A stretch of 64,000 bases of DNA from Syncephalis fuscata S228. Its lineage: Eukaryota; Fungi; Zoopagomycota. Each line of letters opens with the position of its first letter. Within the stretch, counting starts at the first letter, position 1. Below, piece after piece: positions 1 through 14,105 of this stretch. The position numbers were made by a program, and so were the translations under genes. The notes under the pieces are model-generated. The model had not been told where the DNA came from, did no database searches, and was given only the letters and a program-made list of their open reading frames with translations. The DNA is taken from NCBI GenBank assembly GCA_025786725.1, contig JAHLTZ010000008.1, forward strand, positions 124,001 through 188,000, read 5' to 3'.

Positions 1-1250
1 TCGGCACCATACACGCATAGGTAAACCGTCTGGATCGGCCATAAACATACTGGAGTCGCCAATGCTACAACAAAACAAATGGCCGCGATATAAAATACCA
101 AGACAAAGTGTACTGCCATTTTCTGCGCATACATCTGGATCTAAATCAGCGACAGCTTCATTTAATCGCTGATGTAAATCGCCTAGCGCAGTTGTTACGC
201 GACGTGCCACATCTTCATCGCCATTTTCAGTGATGCTAATGGCTTCTGATTCTAAAATCGACTGAACAACATCTGGCAACACTTGGTCAAGCAAGTCTAC
301 AAAATGACGTCCATATGATACATAGCCTGGCCTAACTAGACGTTTACTATGAATAAATGCATATTAGTAATGCTATATGTTCCGCCAACCTATTATACTT
401 ACTCAATAACTTCACCATGTCCATCAGCCACATAGAAACAACGAGCCCATCGACCGCCGACTTGTAGATCAAATGTGCTTGCATTATCTTCGTTCATAGT
501 AATGCCGTTAGGATAAACGTGCTTTTGACCCGCCAACGACTCATAATGCAATTCAAGCGGACCTTCTTCAAATTGACGTAGACTTTCATCTGAATCTGAT
601 TCATCGTCAATATTTACGGTAATACCCGTTGTTGCCATATCATCGTCGTCATCATCGTCCATTTCTGCATCGGCAAATACTGCATCATCGCGTTCACTTA
701 AACCGCTTACAGTATCGTCGTCATATGCACGCGATGACATTGTTTCTGTGCCATACAATGAAGCAGGCGGTGTAGCAGTACCTCGCGATGAAGTAGAGCT
801 ACGCAGGCCCAATCGGTCGCGCATAACGCTGCCAAAGCTAGCCCGCTTCAAACTATTATTAGATATCTTTCGGCCTGGCGAGGGACTGCTTTTACGAGCT
901 AACAATAGGCTGCCCAAGTTAAACCGGTTGGCAGATGCACCATTATTGGATACTGGATTGATACGCGGACTTGGTGGCGGACTTCCATTGACCGAAGAGG
1001 CAGCAGAGGACATAGTCACTGGCGTGGCTGGTGATTGCCGTGTTGCTGCGCGTGAATTTGAACGAGAATTGCTCGTTGCGGTGGCATTGCCGGTATAGGA
1101 ACGCTCTTCACTGCGTAACCGACTCGTACTACGATGTCGTTTACCATGACCGTCGACTGGTGAAGATCTACCGTTACGAGGTAAATCTAACGAACGACTA
1201 GGTAATTCCACACGAATTCGTTGTCGTGATCTCAAATCTGGTGAAGCCAT
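1..1250 (-). CDS. PP2C-like protein phosphatase, 5' part; runs off the window start
   Basis: Ser/Arg-rich disordered N-terminus followed by CFYVADGHG (PP2C motif 2, DGHG). Intron at about 333-402; coding continues to the window edge. Confidence 0.65.
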
Positions 1251-1964
1251 ATTCTATTATTTATAGTGCTATTGTAGCTATAACAGGCTGAGTTAGTAAA
1301 GAAAACGGAATATTACAAACAAAATTAAGTATTCGGAGTGTCAAAATGACCAACAAGCCATCCAACTCAGTGTATGCAAGAACGTGCAGCACCGTAGATT
1401 GGCTGTCGCATTAAACATTCAGAAACCAACTCAGCTACTTACCAGTGACAATATTGAAACAAACAGTCAATACCGATGGTAAATACGACTCGTGCGTGTA
1501 TTTTTAAATAAAGCTATATTGCCTGTCTACGTATTGCAATAGTGTTGAAATACTTTGATCTTTGTGCGCCAACAAGCATTCACTATAGAAGAATAGATCG
1601 CATACATAGACCGGTTAGTCAATAGTTTGGCAGTATGCATATATGCGTGCAGGAGAATGCGCGTGTAGACAAATATGCACCAACACATGCCTACACGCAT
1701 TGATAGTTGTGCTTTACAATAGTGCTACTTACATAGAGTAGAAATACCAAAGTCGTTGAAAAGGCAGTATGCACGTAATAGTGTTGTTGTTGTTTTAACA
1801 AAAAGCAAAGAACTAGGAAAGCGTCCTCAAGGCAGACCAGCGCGTATGAAGAAAGGAAAACTCGCAGAATATAGTGCTAAAAAGAAAGGAAATGGCAGTG
1901 GTATAATCGCTGTAGCAATAATACTAGACAGTGCAATATAGCAATAGCAATGCTAGTAGCAATG

Positions 1965-2023
1965 ATAGTAGTAGTAGAGTAGTAGTAGTAGTAAGTAGTA
2001 AGTAGTAAGTAGTAAGTAGTAGT
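1965..2023. repeat. (AGT)n and (GTAAGTA)4 microsatellite
   Basis: Tandem repeats read directly from the sequence. Confidence 0.9.
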
Positions 2024-4043
2024 GGCAGTAATATTGATAGTATTGATAATAGCAGTGATAATAGCAGCAATGAAAGCAAAGAAAGAATCACTGTTTTGTC
2101 AATCTAACAACAAAGACAGCGCACGTAAATGAGAGAGTAGAAAAGAAGAAGAACCAATGGGCGTCAAGTACAAGTCGACAAGTGCAGCTGGTTAAAAAGC
2201 AAGCGGTTTGGTGAATAGAAAATGCGCAAGGACGACACGTGTGTGCATAGAACGAGACGACACCAACAATATCGAGACTATCGTTCGTTTTGTTTTTAAA
2301 ATGGTAAATAATCTGTGGCCGGTTAAAGGCGAGCGCTATGATATCAATGTGTGGATGAGGAAGGGCGAAAAGAGAATGGAAAGTGAGGGACAGAGTGAGT
2401 AAGAGTAATGGGCCACCCTAAATAGAGACACGGTTAAAACAGCCACAGGCCAACAAGTTATGGCACAATAATTTGGGCCAAGGAGCAGCGAGACAGGTTG
2501 GTCAGGTTTGTTGCTTGATACTAAGCAGTGAATGAGAACAAGATCAAGCAGGGAGAGGAGGTGGAGAAGCAGGTCGTTATAGAGTGTGGCTTAAACGACC
2601 ATGAACAAGTATTGTAGAAACAAGCATGCGAAACATTGAAGACGCGTGGCTCTCCTTGAAAATAAATAGACTACTACCAATAGTACAAATACACAAAGTA
2701 CCACCACCAGTATGACTAATGACTATGATTATAGTTACAATGACAATAATAGACACTACTAATACACTTTTATAGTCGTATTATAATTGATAAATAATGA
2801 TTCATATTTATATTCATATTTATTATAACGAATGATAATACTATATAATAGCTATTGCTATTAATAATAATATACATTAATATGGACTTTAGTAGACCAC
2901 ATGGATCATGATATTAGTACAACACTTTAACGACCTAATTGAGCAGTAGCTGTATGGGTGCGTGTCAAGGCCATCATAAAGGTCAGTTACGTTGAACTCA
3001 CGTTGTAGATAGAATCATTCTTTACTAAACTTTTCTTTATTCATAGTGTAACATAGACCAATAATAGATTGTGTACTATTATTTGTTTACGCACTGTCCA
3101 GTAACAAGCGGATAAACAAAATGTAGTTAAATAGATAGACAGATAAATGAATAGATAGATAGAAAAGCAAGCAGGTAAGCGAACAAGTAAACGACCTTTG
3201 CAGCCATGGAAAACTAAAACGAGAGTAGCATGGCGAAACATATCCGTAAATACATGCCCACATGCTGCAGTTTTATTCATCCGTTTCTATTCGTCACCGA
3301 TATGGCTAGAGAGTGCAAGGAAGGAGAATGGCGTATGTGTATATAGTCATTGTTAGTACGAAGAAGATAATAATAAAAAAAGAAACAAGACAAAAATAGA
3401 TATTATATGAACAAAGACCTAATGAATCAAAATTATTATTATTGTTTAAATACCATCAAGTTAGATTAAAGATTGTTCTATTTGATTCAATACAACACAA
3501 TAATGGTATTATTATAATGATATTGTTGCTATAAATACATCTAGTGGTACAACAAAGAGGTTGTGATTGCAAAGGCTTGCCATAAACATAGAACATAGTA
3601 CTTGGTATTATAGATGCATTGGACCGTTTCTAGGCTTTCCATCTCTAGAAAGTAACTGGATAACTGGTTGGCCAAACGTACGAACTTAATTATGCCTTAT
3701 TTTGCTCCTCTTCTCCAACCTGTTACTGTTGCTCATCATCCTATTCTTGCCCCTAGACGGCACGTGCATTTGCCAAGTGTGACCTATCAATAACGATGTC
3801 CAGTATGCAGCCAGCCTATTAAGGCAATCTTCACGTGGCGGCAGCATGTAAGCGCATTGTGCCATAATGCGGAGAAGTAGTCAATAGTTAGCTATGGCAA
3901 TAGATCGTTAATTTCACTAAATAAAATAATACTAATCAATATGAGTGTGGGGTAAAAGAATAAATACTATAGATAATGATGAAATAAAACAATATTTTTA
4001 CTTTATTACTATTGTTTGATATTAGTATTATAATGGCTATCCT

Positions 4044-7000
4044 TTAAACTTTACGCTTTTTCTTGCCTTTAGTGCCATGTTGCTGGGATCGTTTCTTTAA
4101 TGATTCGGCCTCTTTAAGAACGGTGTTAACGACAGATCCGGGCACAACAGTCTTTTTTGACTTGGCCTTGGCTGATGGACGCTGACCACGCTTGCACCAC
4201 GGCCTGAATCGACAACCGCTTTTGCTTGTGCCCATGTGTCATCGTCCTCACTATCGTTTATTTTGACCTCGATGGTAGTAGTCGTCGTTGTTGTCACGGT
4301 TTCACGATCTTTAATCTCGTAAGCCGATAAATCCATAGCATCAAGCATTGCACGTTGCTTTTCCTTAATAGCGGCTACTTGTTCACGTCCTTCGGCCGAC
4401 AATTCATCGTCAAGTGATGTTTCAAGTGGCTGCCATGCGGCATCATCGGTTGGTGACCGTGTTACGGCGACCGTTGTAGTGATGCCGCTTTTCTTTGTAG
4501 GGCCTGTTCCACTACTGGGTAATTCAGCCTCAACGGCACTTGATAGAATCGTATTAAAGTACGCGGAGCATTTGCGCAACACCTTTACAAACATGGCAAG
4601 TATTTGCGATACAGGCAAGTGCAATTCTTGTTCTAGATCATCAACCGATTTCTTTTGCAGGCCAATGGCTAATAAAATAGCGCTTTGTACGCCTGAAAGA
4701 TGTACATGGACGGCATCCATACGACGTTCGAAATACCATTCTGCCAAACGTGGTACCATATCAAGTACAACGTGGTAATCCAGCTGCTGGTTGGCGTATG
4801 ATTCAAGTCGTTTTAAATCGTAAGGCGATAAATCACGATCAAGATCAATGCGTTTTAAACCAGCATTACGTAGCTTGCCATCGTCGGTCTTGCTACCCGC
4901 ATCGGCAGCTTCCATAATACTTAGAGCGAGTGAGGCGTGGAAATTACGGAACTGGTAAGCCAATAGCGATAGTAATCGACGTCGGAAATCGGTACTGAAT
5001 TCAGGAAGCCAATTGGTCGAGCACTGTGTGGGCAAATCGGCAGCATGCAAATCACGTAACATTACACAGGTATGTTCACCAGTCAATTCATTTGATGTCT
5101 GGCGTAAATAGACAGGCGCGTAGCCAGATCGTTTCCAGAAACGATGTAGATTTGCCGTCAATCCGTAGGAAACACCAAGCCAGTGCAGACGATGTCCTCG
5201 GATTTGCGATAGCTTCAATAATAGTGGTGGCATACGAGCTGGATCACGAATGCGTACTTGATCCGTTTGTAGATTGGACAGACTCCAGCTCTTGCTTGAC
5301 ACACGCTGTACACCATGTTCCGGATCAATAAGTGCTGATGCATCTAATTCGGACAAATCTTGGCATTTGCCCTCATAGAACTGGCCCAACAGTGCGAGTG
5401 CACGTGCACCATAGCCCATCTTCACATAGTCGGATGAGTAGCAATACGAACAACACGTGCACCGGATAAGCTGGCAAAGTCATCGTCTTGGAACTGCTGC
5501 GCCATAAGCCATGGGATTAAATCACCATTGGCACGTTGGCCACGACGTAGACCGTGCATAACTGATTGGCGTGATATTTGGCCTTCAAGACATATCTGAA
5601 TAACACAAAGTGGATCGGGCAAGCCACGAGACTCTGATGCTGGCGGTAATAGTACGTAAAGCTCGTGAGCCGGTGCATCCGACATTAGTTGAAGATCGTT
5701 TGGTGAGTTCTTATAGTGACTGGCTACGTAAAGTGCCATCATCTTCTGTAAAAATGCTTCAGATACTGGATGATAGGAGAAGAGTGTATCGCGGTGTACT
5801 CGGTATAATTCGCATTCGTCGGGATGTGGACAGCCTTGTAGCGTTTTACCGGCCACGCTTGCATCAAGACATAGCAGTTGATTGAGCCAGGTCTCAACAA
5901 CATCGCCTGGTGCATATCGAATTGGTTCATCAAGTGTAATTTCTCTAATGTACGTCCACCAGCCGTGACACCGCTCGCTGCAGCATCTTTACGTGCTTTA
6001 CCGTCACGGCCTACGACATTACCATCGGGTGTGACGTGTGACGAGTCATCGCGGCCAATAAATCCACGGCTTTGCTCACGTAGCTGCTGAATCAGCTTAA
6101 GTGAAAGTGATCGGCCAGTGCCTTCGTAGCCATTAATGGTCGATGCCATAAATACAAGGAATGGACCAAGTAGCTTGCGTACAAGAGGCAATGGAATAGC
6201 CGCCGCTTCGTCAATTACCAATAGTTCAGCCTGGCTTAATGTATGTGCATCTTGCGGTTGAATGTACTAAACAGATGTCAGAAAAACATATGTTTAATTG
6301 ACTATCTTATTTACCTGGATTGTTTGCCGGTGATCGCGAAAGATATTAACGCGGACAATAGCTTTGTTAAAGTCAGGATTTGTACTTTGTACAATGTCGT
6401 AGTCTAAATGTTCCTCGTAGCCTAGCGCGTCAAATCCTTTGAATATAAATTCAAATAAAGTTTTTAAATTTTCCGGACTTGGCGAAGTAACGAAAATGTT
6501 GGAGTAGCCGTAGGCAACTGCGGCTGCCATAGCAATACCCAGTGCCGCTGACTTGCCTCGTCCACGAGAGGCGGTCAATGTAACAGTGCTACGCAATGTT
6601 TTCTCTGAAATAGCCTCAACAAATGTAAGAATGGCGCGTGCCTAATAATAAACCGTCAGTTGACTTATTGATTTCATTTAATAATATATAATTAATATTA
6701 CCTGATCGAGTGTACGTGCTGTATTAACAAGCGATCCAACTGGCTGCGTATCTGCCAACGATTCTTTAAGTTCTTTGAGCTCTTTAACACGCTCTGGCAC
6801 ATGATTCTATAAAATATTAATTATGTTGTTATTAATAAATACAAATGCCACTTACTGAATCTGGGGCAACCAATGGCTTTATACTACGGCCCATTGAAAT
6901 TGGCAACACGTTCAGTTCATCATCAAGCACAAGACAGTTTTCACATGAGCCCAAAGAAAGAATAAATCGTTCGTTGAATCGAGCTGTAACATCATCGTGT

Positions 7001-7758
7001 GCTTCTGTACGATAACGGGAATGGACATCCTATAATAAAATCAATAAACATTGTTAATATTTGTAATTTTATTACTATATAAATGTTATTAATTTACCAT
7101 CGTCATTGTATATAATTTTCGAAGTGATGTCATTGTTCGTAGTAACAACACCACCATGCCGCCACCTTCGACCGTTTCAATGGTACGAGCCAATAGATTG
7201 GGTGTAAGTGCTTCAAAATCCTAATGAATACATAACAATTAATTATATCGCTGAAGAATTCTTTTAGTAATGTACCTGTAAAACACACATGCCAAATGTT
7301 TGACCCAATACTTTATGCGTTTCTTTATAATAAGTATAGCGAATATTCGTCATGCTAATAAATAGTTCAAATGGATCCTCTTCATTCACTTCGCGAATGC
7401 CTCGTTTAATATCCTTCTTAATCTTGGCCTCTCGCTTCTTTCGATGGCTATAGCGTGTTAAAACAGCTTGTTAGTTGAGTATTAGCAAGTTCATTGCTAC
7501 ACACCTTGTAAAGCCTAGATCTTTTTTATAGCACCATAGCACAGAGGGACGCGCGGCCACTTGAGTTTGTGATAGTAGCCAGTGAAGATTGACGACCTAA
7601 AAGACAAAAATAAATCAGTAAGACGCTGCTTGTCAAATGCCTTCTACTTACCTGGTCACGACCACGATCGCCTACCAACACAAAGAAAGAACGATGCTTT
7701 TGCTGGACACCATTCTTTACGAGGTATGAATCCGCGAATCGATGGCTTTGCGTACCAT
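4044..7758 (-). CDS. NAT10: RNA cytidine acetyltransferase NAT10/Kre33 (multi-exon, apparent indel errors)
   Basis: N-terminus MVRKAIDSRIH, Walker A TASRGRGKSAALG, Walker B VIDEAAAIP, STINGYEGTGR, HYKNSPNDLQLMSDAPAH, VRIATHP..MGYG, and a basic C-terminal tail. Confidence 0.96.
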
Positions 7759-8211
7759 AGTGAACTGTATTAAAGAAAATCTAGTACAAACAGCGCGATA
7801 AAAGAAACAGTGCTGAATAATAAATGGTAAAAAAAATAAAAATAAATCAAAATTGATTAAAATTAAAAAGTATATTTATCTAATTTTCCTATTTTTTTAA
7901 ATTCCTCATGAAAACCATGGGATACATCCCTTTTTGTTAGTGTTAGCATGTGGTAGTTATAATAAACCCATTTTGGTCACAAACTGCCTTAATAGTGCTA
8001 ATTAGCAGGCAAATAATAATCACATCTCTTTAGCCATTAATCACTATCAATCTGCATTTAATAACCAAGTGCTTACGCCAGTATTTAAGTCGCGCTTTTC
8101 GCTAACTGTTTGCCAATATTCAGTAGCTTTTTTCTTGTTATTTTGTTTTAGTTTAACGCTCACACTTTTAACGTCCATACCTCCAACATCCATTCTAACC
8201 TTAAGCTTATT

Positions 8212-8794
8212 ATGCATTTCAGTCTATTACCCACAATCATTATTCTCGGTCGTCTATTTGCAACAATTATTATTAATGTTAACTCAGTAGCTTCGTTGCC
8301 GACACAGAGCGGTCGAAGGGAAGTTTCGACAAGCTGCGAAAGGCTGCCATCATAAATGGCTCATCCCCCTTGGCATCAAACCCAGCAATTGATGATCTAA
8401 AACGTATCATGCCATCCGACAAATATTTCAAAAAAGACGGATTTTACGTATATCCTGAAGAGTGGTTTGGCTACAGTAATAAATGGGCTATTGCCCATGG
8501 ATACTACGCTGCTTCGGCTAGTGTTTATGGCCAACCTGGCTATGCCGAAGAAGTTGCTGTCTATATTACCTGTACGAATAGTCTGAAACTATACAATCTA
8601 CTGGCAACAGGTCGTAAGGTGTGCAAAATTACTGCTTTGTTTGTATTGTTTACTAACTGTTGACATTTTAGCTTATGCAGATGCACTGGCAAAAATACCC
8701 CATTGAGATACCAGGCACTGGTAGACATGGAATTGCAACACTTCAATCGTTTCAGCCTGAACCTCAATATGCGTGTAATGTTTTTCTATATTAA
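8212..8794 (+). CDS. Small secreted 2-Cys protein, paralogue A, copy 1
   Basis: Signal-peptide-like MHFSLLPTIIILGRLFATIIINVNSVAS. Intron 8619-8671. Exon 2 LMQMHWQKYPIEIPGTGRHGIATLQSFQPEPQYACNVFLY*. A 1-bp G deletion near 8320 relative to copy 2. Confidence 0.75.
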
Positions 8795-10027
8795 AACATG
8801 ATAATGAGTAATATTAATAAAAGTTTTATGATAATAACACTTTAAGCTTATTTTATCTATAATTTATCAGCCATAACCTGTGGCAAACACTGAACCAGCA
8901 ATGATTCAATATTCATCACAGACTAATATGGCAAATTAAAATCTAGCATTAATACCAAATATTAATTTTATGGTTTGCTCTGCGGTAGCTTGCATTACAT
9001 CTTCAACAATTTTTGGTGTGTGCATCTGCAATAAATAGCAAGTTAAATTGAGTTAAAATGTGTTATATTCAAATTAAATACTGCAAGATTTCTATGACAT
9101 TTAACAACTAAATGTTCCATGACATTGATAGTGGCAAAAATTGGCAAGTTGTTACACCATATGTTGGTTTATGATCGATATAATGTAAAATATAGACACT
9201 ACACTGCTCATGAAAATCACAACATATGGCGAAAGTATTTCATTTTATGATAACAAAAACAGCAAGCACAGTGTAAGAAGAAAAGTACTTGTTGCGTTCT
9301 AACCTACAGTCAAGTATTCAATACATGTAGAAAAATACAACATATCTAAGAAATGAAAATGTAAATAAATTCAGTGGTAAAATAATGTATTGCAATGATA
9401 ATTAAATTTAAAACTACTAACTTAATTGTCAGCAGATGTAATGCATCATTTATGAAGCTGTACTGTTTTATAAATACTGGTAATCACCACGATCGATACA
9501 TTGTAACAAGGGGGTCGTAACTACTTCGCTTGTTACATATTGCAATATGACTATTCAGTTCATTATAGTTGAATCATGATAATTAATGGCCAATAGGAAA
9601 CAAAATTAGTATCAAAGCATTGTCAACCAACATATTGTGTTTTAACCGCTAGATAAGTACAAGTAAATATCAGAAATTAGCATTATAAGATAACGCTAAG
9701 ATAAGGTGCTGCTTGGCTAGCTGAGTTACAATTTGTTAAATAAAGCTGTAAAAATATAAATATTAGTGTGATTGTTTTTATAAACATTATGCCAATCGGC
9801 ATTATTGTAATACAAGTATGTAATAGAATTTCCTTGTTGCCATAAAAAGTAGATTGATACACGTGAAACAGCTAAAGAAAAATTATATCGTTCTGCTTAT
9901 GGATCGGAGTTTTATAATCTTGATGCCTTTGAATTGCTTTTTAAAATAAATAGATAGATTTTTCGGACTATTTTAGTTTTCAATATTAACCATCCATTAC
10001 ACTAGTAGATTTTACAAACAAACAGAC

Positions 10028-10652
10028 ATGCATTTTACTAGAACAGCTTTTGTATCAGCTTGCTATGGACTGGCAATCTACGCCAGCCTTATAGCTACTA
10101 GTTTGGCTTCTCCAGCTTCTCCACTTGAGAAATATATAATGAAAAAACAATTAGCCGAAAAACAATTAGCCGAAACACAATTCGCACCAATAGACAGCCC
10201 AGAATCATCGACAACCAAAGTATCACTTTTCGATGCCATCAGTGCAGCTTTACCACTTGGATTTAAGTTCTATTGGGGCAAGTACAAACTGAGCTTCCCA
10301 AAAGAATGGAAAAAAGACGCTAGTGGTGGCTGGGCATACACTTATGCAGTACTATCCTCCAAAGGTTCAAGGTTATATTACACCGGACAGAAAAGCGCCT
10401 ATGTGATTTGCACCGATAACACTGAGCTATTTTCAGACTTTAGCAAACAGCTTAATGTAAGTAAGCGCTGTGTAAATAGTATTATGTGCTGACTTTTACT
10501 AGGATGCATCAGAAAAGAAAGCATTGCGGACGTTGACTATTCCAGGATTAGCCGGTTTCATAACAGAGCAGCAGCCTTCCTTTAAGCCGACTAAACAAAT
10601 CAGCTGTTTGCCGGTGTATTATCAACATGCTTTGTCTAAGAATAAGCTGTAA
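10028..10652 (+). CDS. Small secreted 2-Cys protein, paralogue B, copy 1
   Basis: Signal peptide MHFTRTAFVSACYGLAIYASLIATSLA. Intron 10457-10502 (GTAAGT..CTGAC..TAG). Exon 2 DASEKKALRTLTIPGLAGFITEQQPSFKPTKQISCLPVYYQHALSKNKL*. Confidence 0.82.
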
Positions 10653-10900
10653 CGCCGACAGGTTAATGGCAGCATACACATGCTTTGTTTCACTATTGTC
10701 TTTGCCATAATAGTGTGTCGCTTGAAATAGAAATATACATGCAAAGCTGTAACTCTGATTCATGTACATTTTTGGCTACTCCAAAAGAGATACTTTGAAG
10801 CAACGTTACACGATCACAATAAATTTCTTATTTAAATCAAGCCAAATTTGCATTAGATACCAATAAAAAACTCAGTAGACGATTCCTATCTACAACTAAA

Positions 10901-11632
10901 ATGCGCTATACATTTACGACTCTTGCTATTGTCAGTTACCTCGTTGCTTTTTCTAACGACGGATTATTGTCACCTGTCAGTGCTGAGCCAATTCCCGAAA
11001 GCAGAAGAAACCAATTAACTACGGCACAAGTATAGGCTAATACTTTAAAATTCCTACAATCTAAAAATGAGCATCCTATTGAGCCGGAAAAGTTTTTGAG
11101 CGCAATAGAAAGTGCTATACCATATAAGTTGCTTTATGAAGGCCAAGGATTTAAGTTGAAATTCACCACGCCTTGGACAATTAATCAATCAAAAACTTTG
11201 TGCGAGCATCTGCTTATTACAAAAACGCAAGTTCATCGCTGTTTCGTGTAGAAAAGAAAATAGAAGTTTATGTTCAATGTCCTAGGCTTTTCCAGGATTA
11301 TCAGGTAATAGTAAATAAACTAAAGGTAAGACGGTAGTTTTGATCGTTATAGTCTGATTAAACTGACTGTATTTTTGCAGAAACTAAAGGAACCAGAAGA
11401 TCCAAAGAAATTGAAAAATCCAAGGCAAAAAATAGCTCCACTAAAAATCCCAGGTACAGATGAAATTATGGTAGATAAATTGGCGACTTTTATGCCTATT
11501 AAGCAAGCTACTTGTATGGTGTTCACATTTAAAAAACCAAATTCTCCAGAAAGCAATTTGCCATCAAACACTGATCCATCCTCAAGTGATAAGAGTAAAA
11601 GCAAAAAACTCTGGCCATTGAAAAGACTATAG
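10901..11632 (+). pseudogene. Small secreted 2-Cys protein, paralogue C, copy 1 (in-frame TAG at 11033)
   Basis: Signal peptide MRYTFTTLAIVSYLVAFSNDGLLSPVSA. Intron 11326-11380. Exon 2 contains LKIPGTDEIMVDKLATFMPIKQATCMVF. TAG here where copy 2 has CAG. Confidence 0.65.
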
Positions 11633-11912
11633 TCTCTTAAAACTAACAATTTTTTAGAAATAAACAAATATATTTAAATGCATCATACAGTTGCTGTAAT
11701 TACCATTACCATATTCGGTAATTATAATTTATTTATATTAACATTATAATTCATCGTGCTTAAAGTCATTTGTATTACCATTTACTAAACAATTATAACC
11801 ACAACATATATATTAATTAATTTATTAATTTTGTATTAGTCCTTACAAGAAAGCCAGCAACTTATTGCAATAATAATTCGATTAAAGCATGTGTTTTTTG
11901 CTAGAAAAGTGT

Positions 11913-14105
11913 TTATAACACACTAAAAGTTTGGACAATCTCCTTCATTGCCCCACCATTCCAATTTAACTTCCTTGTACTGAAGGCAAAGAAGATAATG
12001 AAACCAGCAAGCGCAATACCAGAATCCATACCAGCTGATAGAATATAGTTGAATCGGCTCCACCAGGCGTTACGGTAGCGATAGACGACAAACTGAAAAA
12101 CGAAGGCTAAAAGGAACCAGCTGGTGTACATACCAGGTTGAGCAGGTGGCATGGCGGCAGTACTGCCGATGAACACCGGGATGTGAATGTATTTAAACCA
12201 TGAGTTGGGGTACCGACGGGACAGAAGCCAGAATGGCACTGGAAGCAAAAAGCCAATAAGGAAGCACCAGTTAAGAGCAGAGTAAAAGCCAGATGAACCA
12301 AGCATACGATTTGGACCGATGGCCCCCAAATTACCGAGTAGAGTAAATGCACGGCATTAGAGCAGTTCCAGACTGGCTCATCTGGCTGACAGATATTAGG
12401 AATTAGATTAAACATGAGATAAGCAGTGCTAAGATTGACAAGACCGGCGATGATTGTGCCGACACTTTGGGCAATAAACATGTGGCGTGGCGGAATCTTC
12501 ATGTAATGGCCGAGCTTCAAATCACCAAGGAAATAATACCTTGGTTCATGGCAATGTGACCGTATGCCTTGAAGGTAACATTGGCAATGGCACGACCAGG
12601 TAAAATAAAACCGATAACCATTCCCATAATAATGTTAAGACTAAGTGTTTGATTGTGACGGCTGTAATGATACCAGCAGGAATGATAAAAATGGCGGCGA
12701 GGGCAACAGCAAGAATGACACCCCACCATGGCAGATCGATACCAAATACTTCGCACACGACAATGGCTAATACAATATTGGCAACAAACATAAGGCCATA
12801 CCACCAGTCTGGCACTTCGTCGTAGCGGTCCATCAACTTGGCGTGAATATCGTCACTTTCGGAACGAGAGTTATTGAAATGGGCCATGATTTCCTTGCCA
12901 TGATACAGAATTGTGTGAGAGATAACGGCGGCTAGACTAGCAAAACCAAAACCATTTCTTACGGCAAACATAAGGGACATTTGTGGTGGACCGACCTCAG
13001 CATATTTTGCTTCGTCAAGCTGCAAGTTTTTGTCCACAAGCGAGGTGATTGGATAATCTTCAAAGTTAGAAGTAAACAGAGCGGAACTGAAAACGGGCAT
13101 GCTTTGAGCGTTCCAAACATTGTTGAAAAGTCCATAGGGAATGAGAACCCAGGTGACTATAACGAAGCCAGCAAATATGTTGGCAGCAACCCAGAATGGT
13201 ACAGCCAATGGAGACAAAAGGAAAGATGAAATGTAGTTCCAGTCAAATGATATCGCGAGTAGACCAAGACCACGAGTGCCCGAACCAAGCTGGTTGGCCA
13301 GTTTGTTATGTGGAGCAAAGTAGCACAAAAGGGAGATTGTGCTAAGGAGGTGGCCAAGTAACCGGGAAGAAAATAGTATAGAAAACTGCCCAAAGCAGCA
13401 AACCCGAAGAAACGAAGACGCGTCATTTGGCCAGGCGCAATGTCGTCAACATCGTGCAAAGTACGGAAAAGTGTGACGTTAACAAGCTGAGCAGGCCAGA
13501 TCATAGCACTTGGACGAATGAGGAAACGACGGCCATACCAGCCAAACCGTAACCGAGACATTGTGTTGTGACGACAAGCAAGAACGATGGGAAGAAGCCA
13601 AGATCTTGTTCATAGTAGATGCGCTTAATCGTGACGATATCAACGCATAGGCAGTAGCGGCAGCGGCATTGGCACATCCAGTAATCAATACGTGCTCCTT
13701 AACGTTGAAGGGGCCCGGATTAAGGTTGAATGAAAAGCGCCTGACCAACAATGCGATTGGCAAAGTGCGAGCCATAAAGACGCCGAGTGGATAAGAGAGC
13801 AGCTGAGCCACCAGGACCGACACCGTAAGTGGAGTTTCACGGAACCAGAAGAACTGGTTGATGAACGACAATACGACGGTGAAAAAATACCTAGGACCCA
13901 AAAGCGAACGTCATACTAGGTAAAGTTGGGTCATCTTTGTTACTGACAGTGGCCCGAACAATATCGAATGGTGAGTCTTTTTCCTCGAGGTCATTTGATG
14001 ACACAGTAGAGCTTTTCTCTAAATCGTCCTGCTGAACTTTTCTGCCGGATGCAACTCACGCATCACCGACACGCGGTTATACTCATTACTATTGAGCGGG
14101 CTCAT
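11913..14105 (-). CDS. OPT-family oligopeptide transporter, copy 1 (intronless, indel-broken)
   Basis: [26 protein letters not shown] and [11 protein letters not shown] signature motifs, with many transmembrane segments. Confidence 0.93.

Noticed and set aside
1965-2023. CRISPR-like or telomeric array
   Set aside because: Simple microsatellite with no spacers, in a eukaryotic intergenic context.
4097-6221. Programmed frameshifting or pseudogenisation of NAT10, OPT and iPGM
   Set aside because: Breaks are scattered, lack obvious slippery motifs and differ between duplicates, so consensus error is the simpler explanation.
8069-8290. 73-aa hydrophobic ORF (also at 33741-33962)
   Set aside because: It has a GTG start and overlaps the 5' region of paralogue A. 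It is conserved only because of the duplication.
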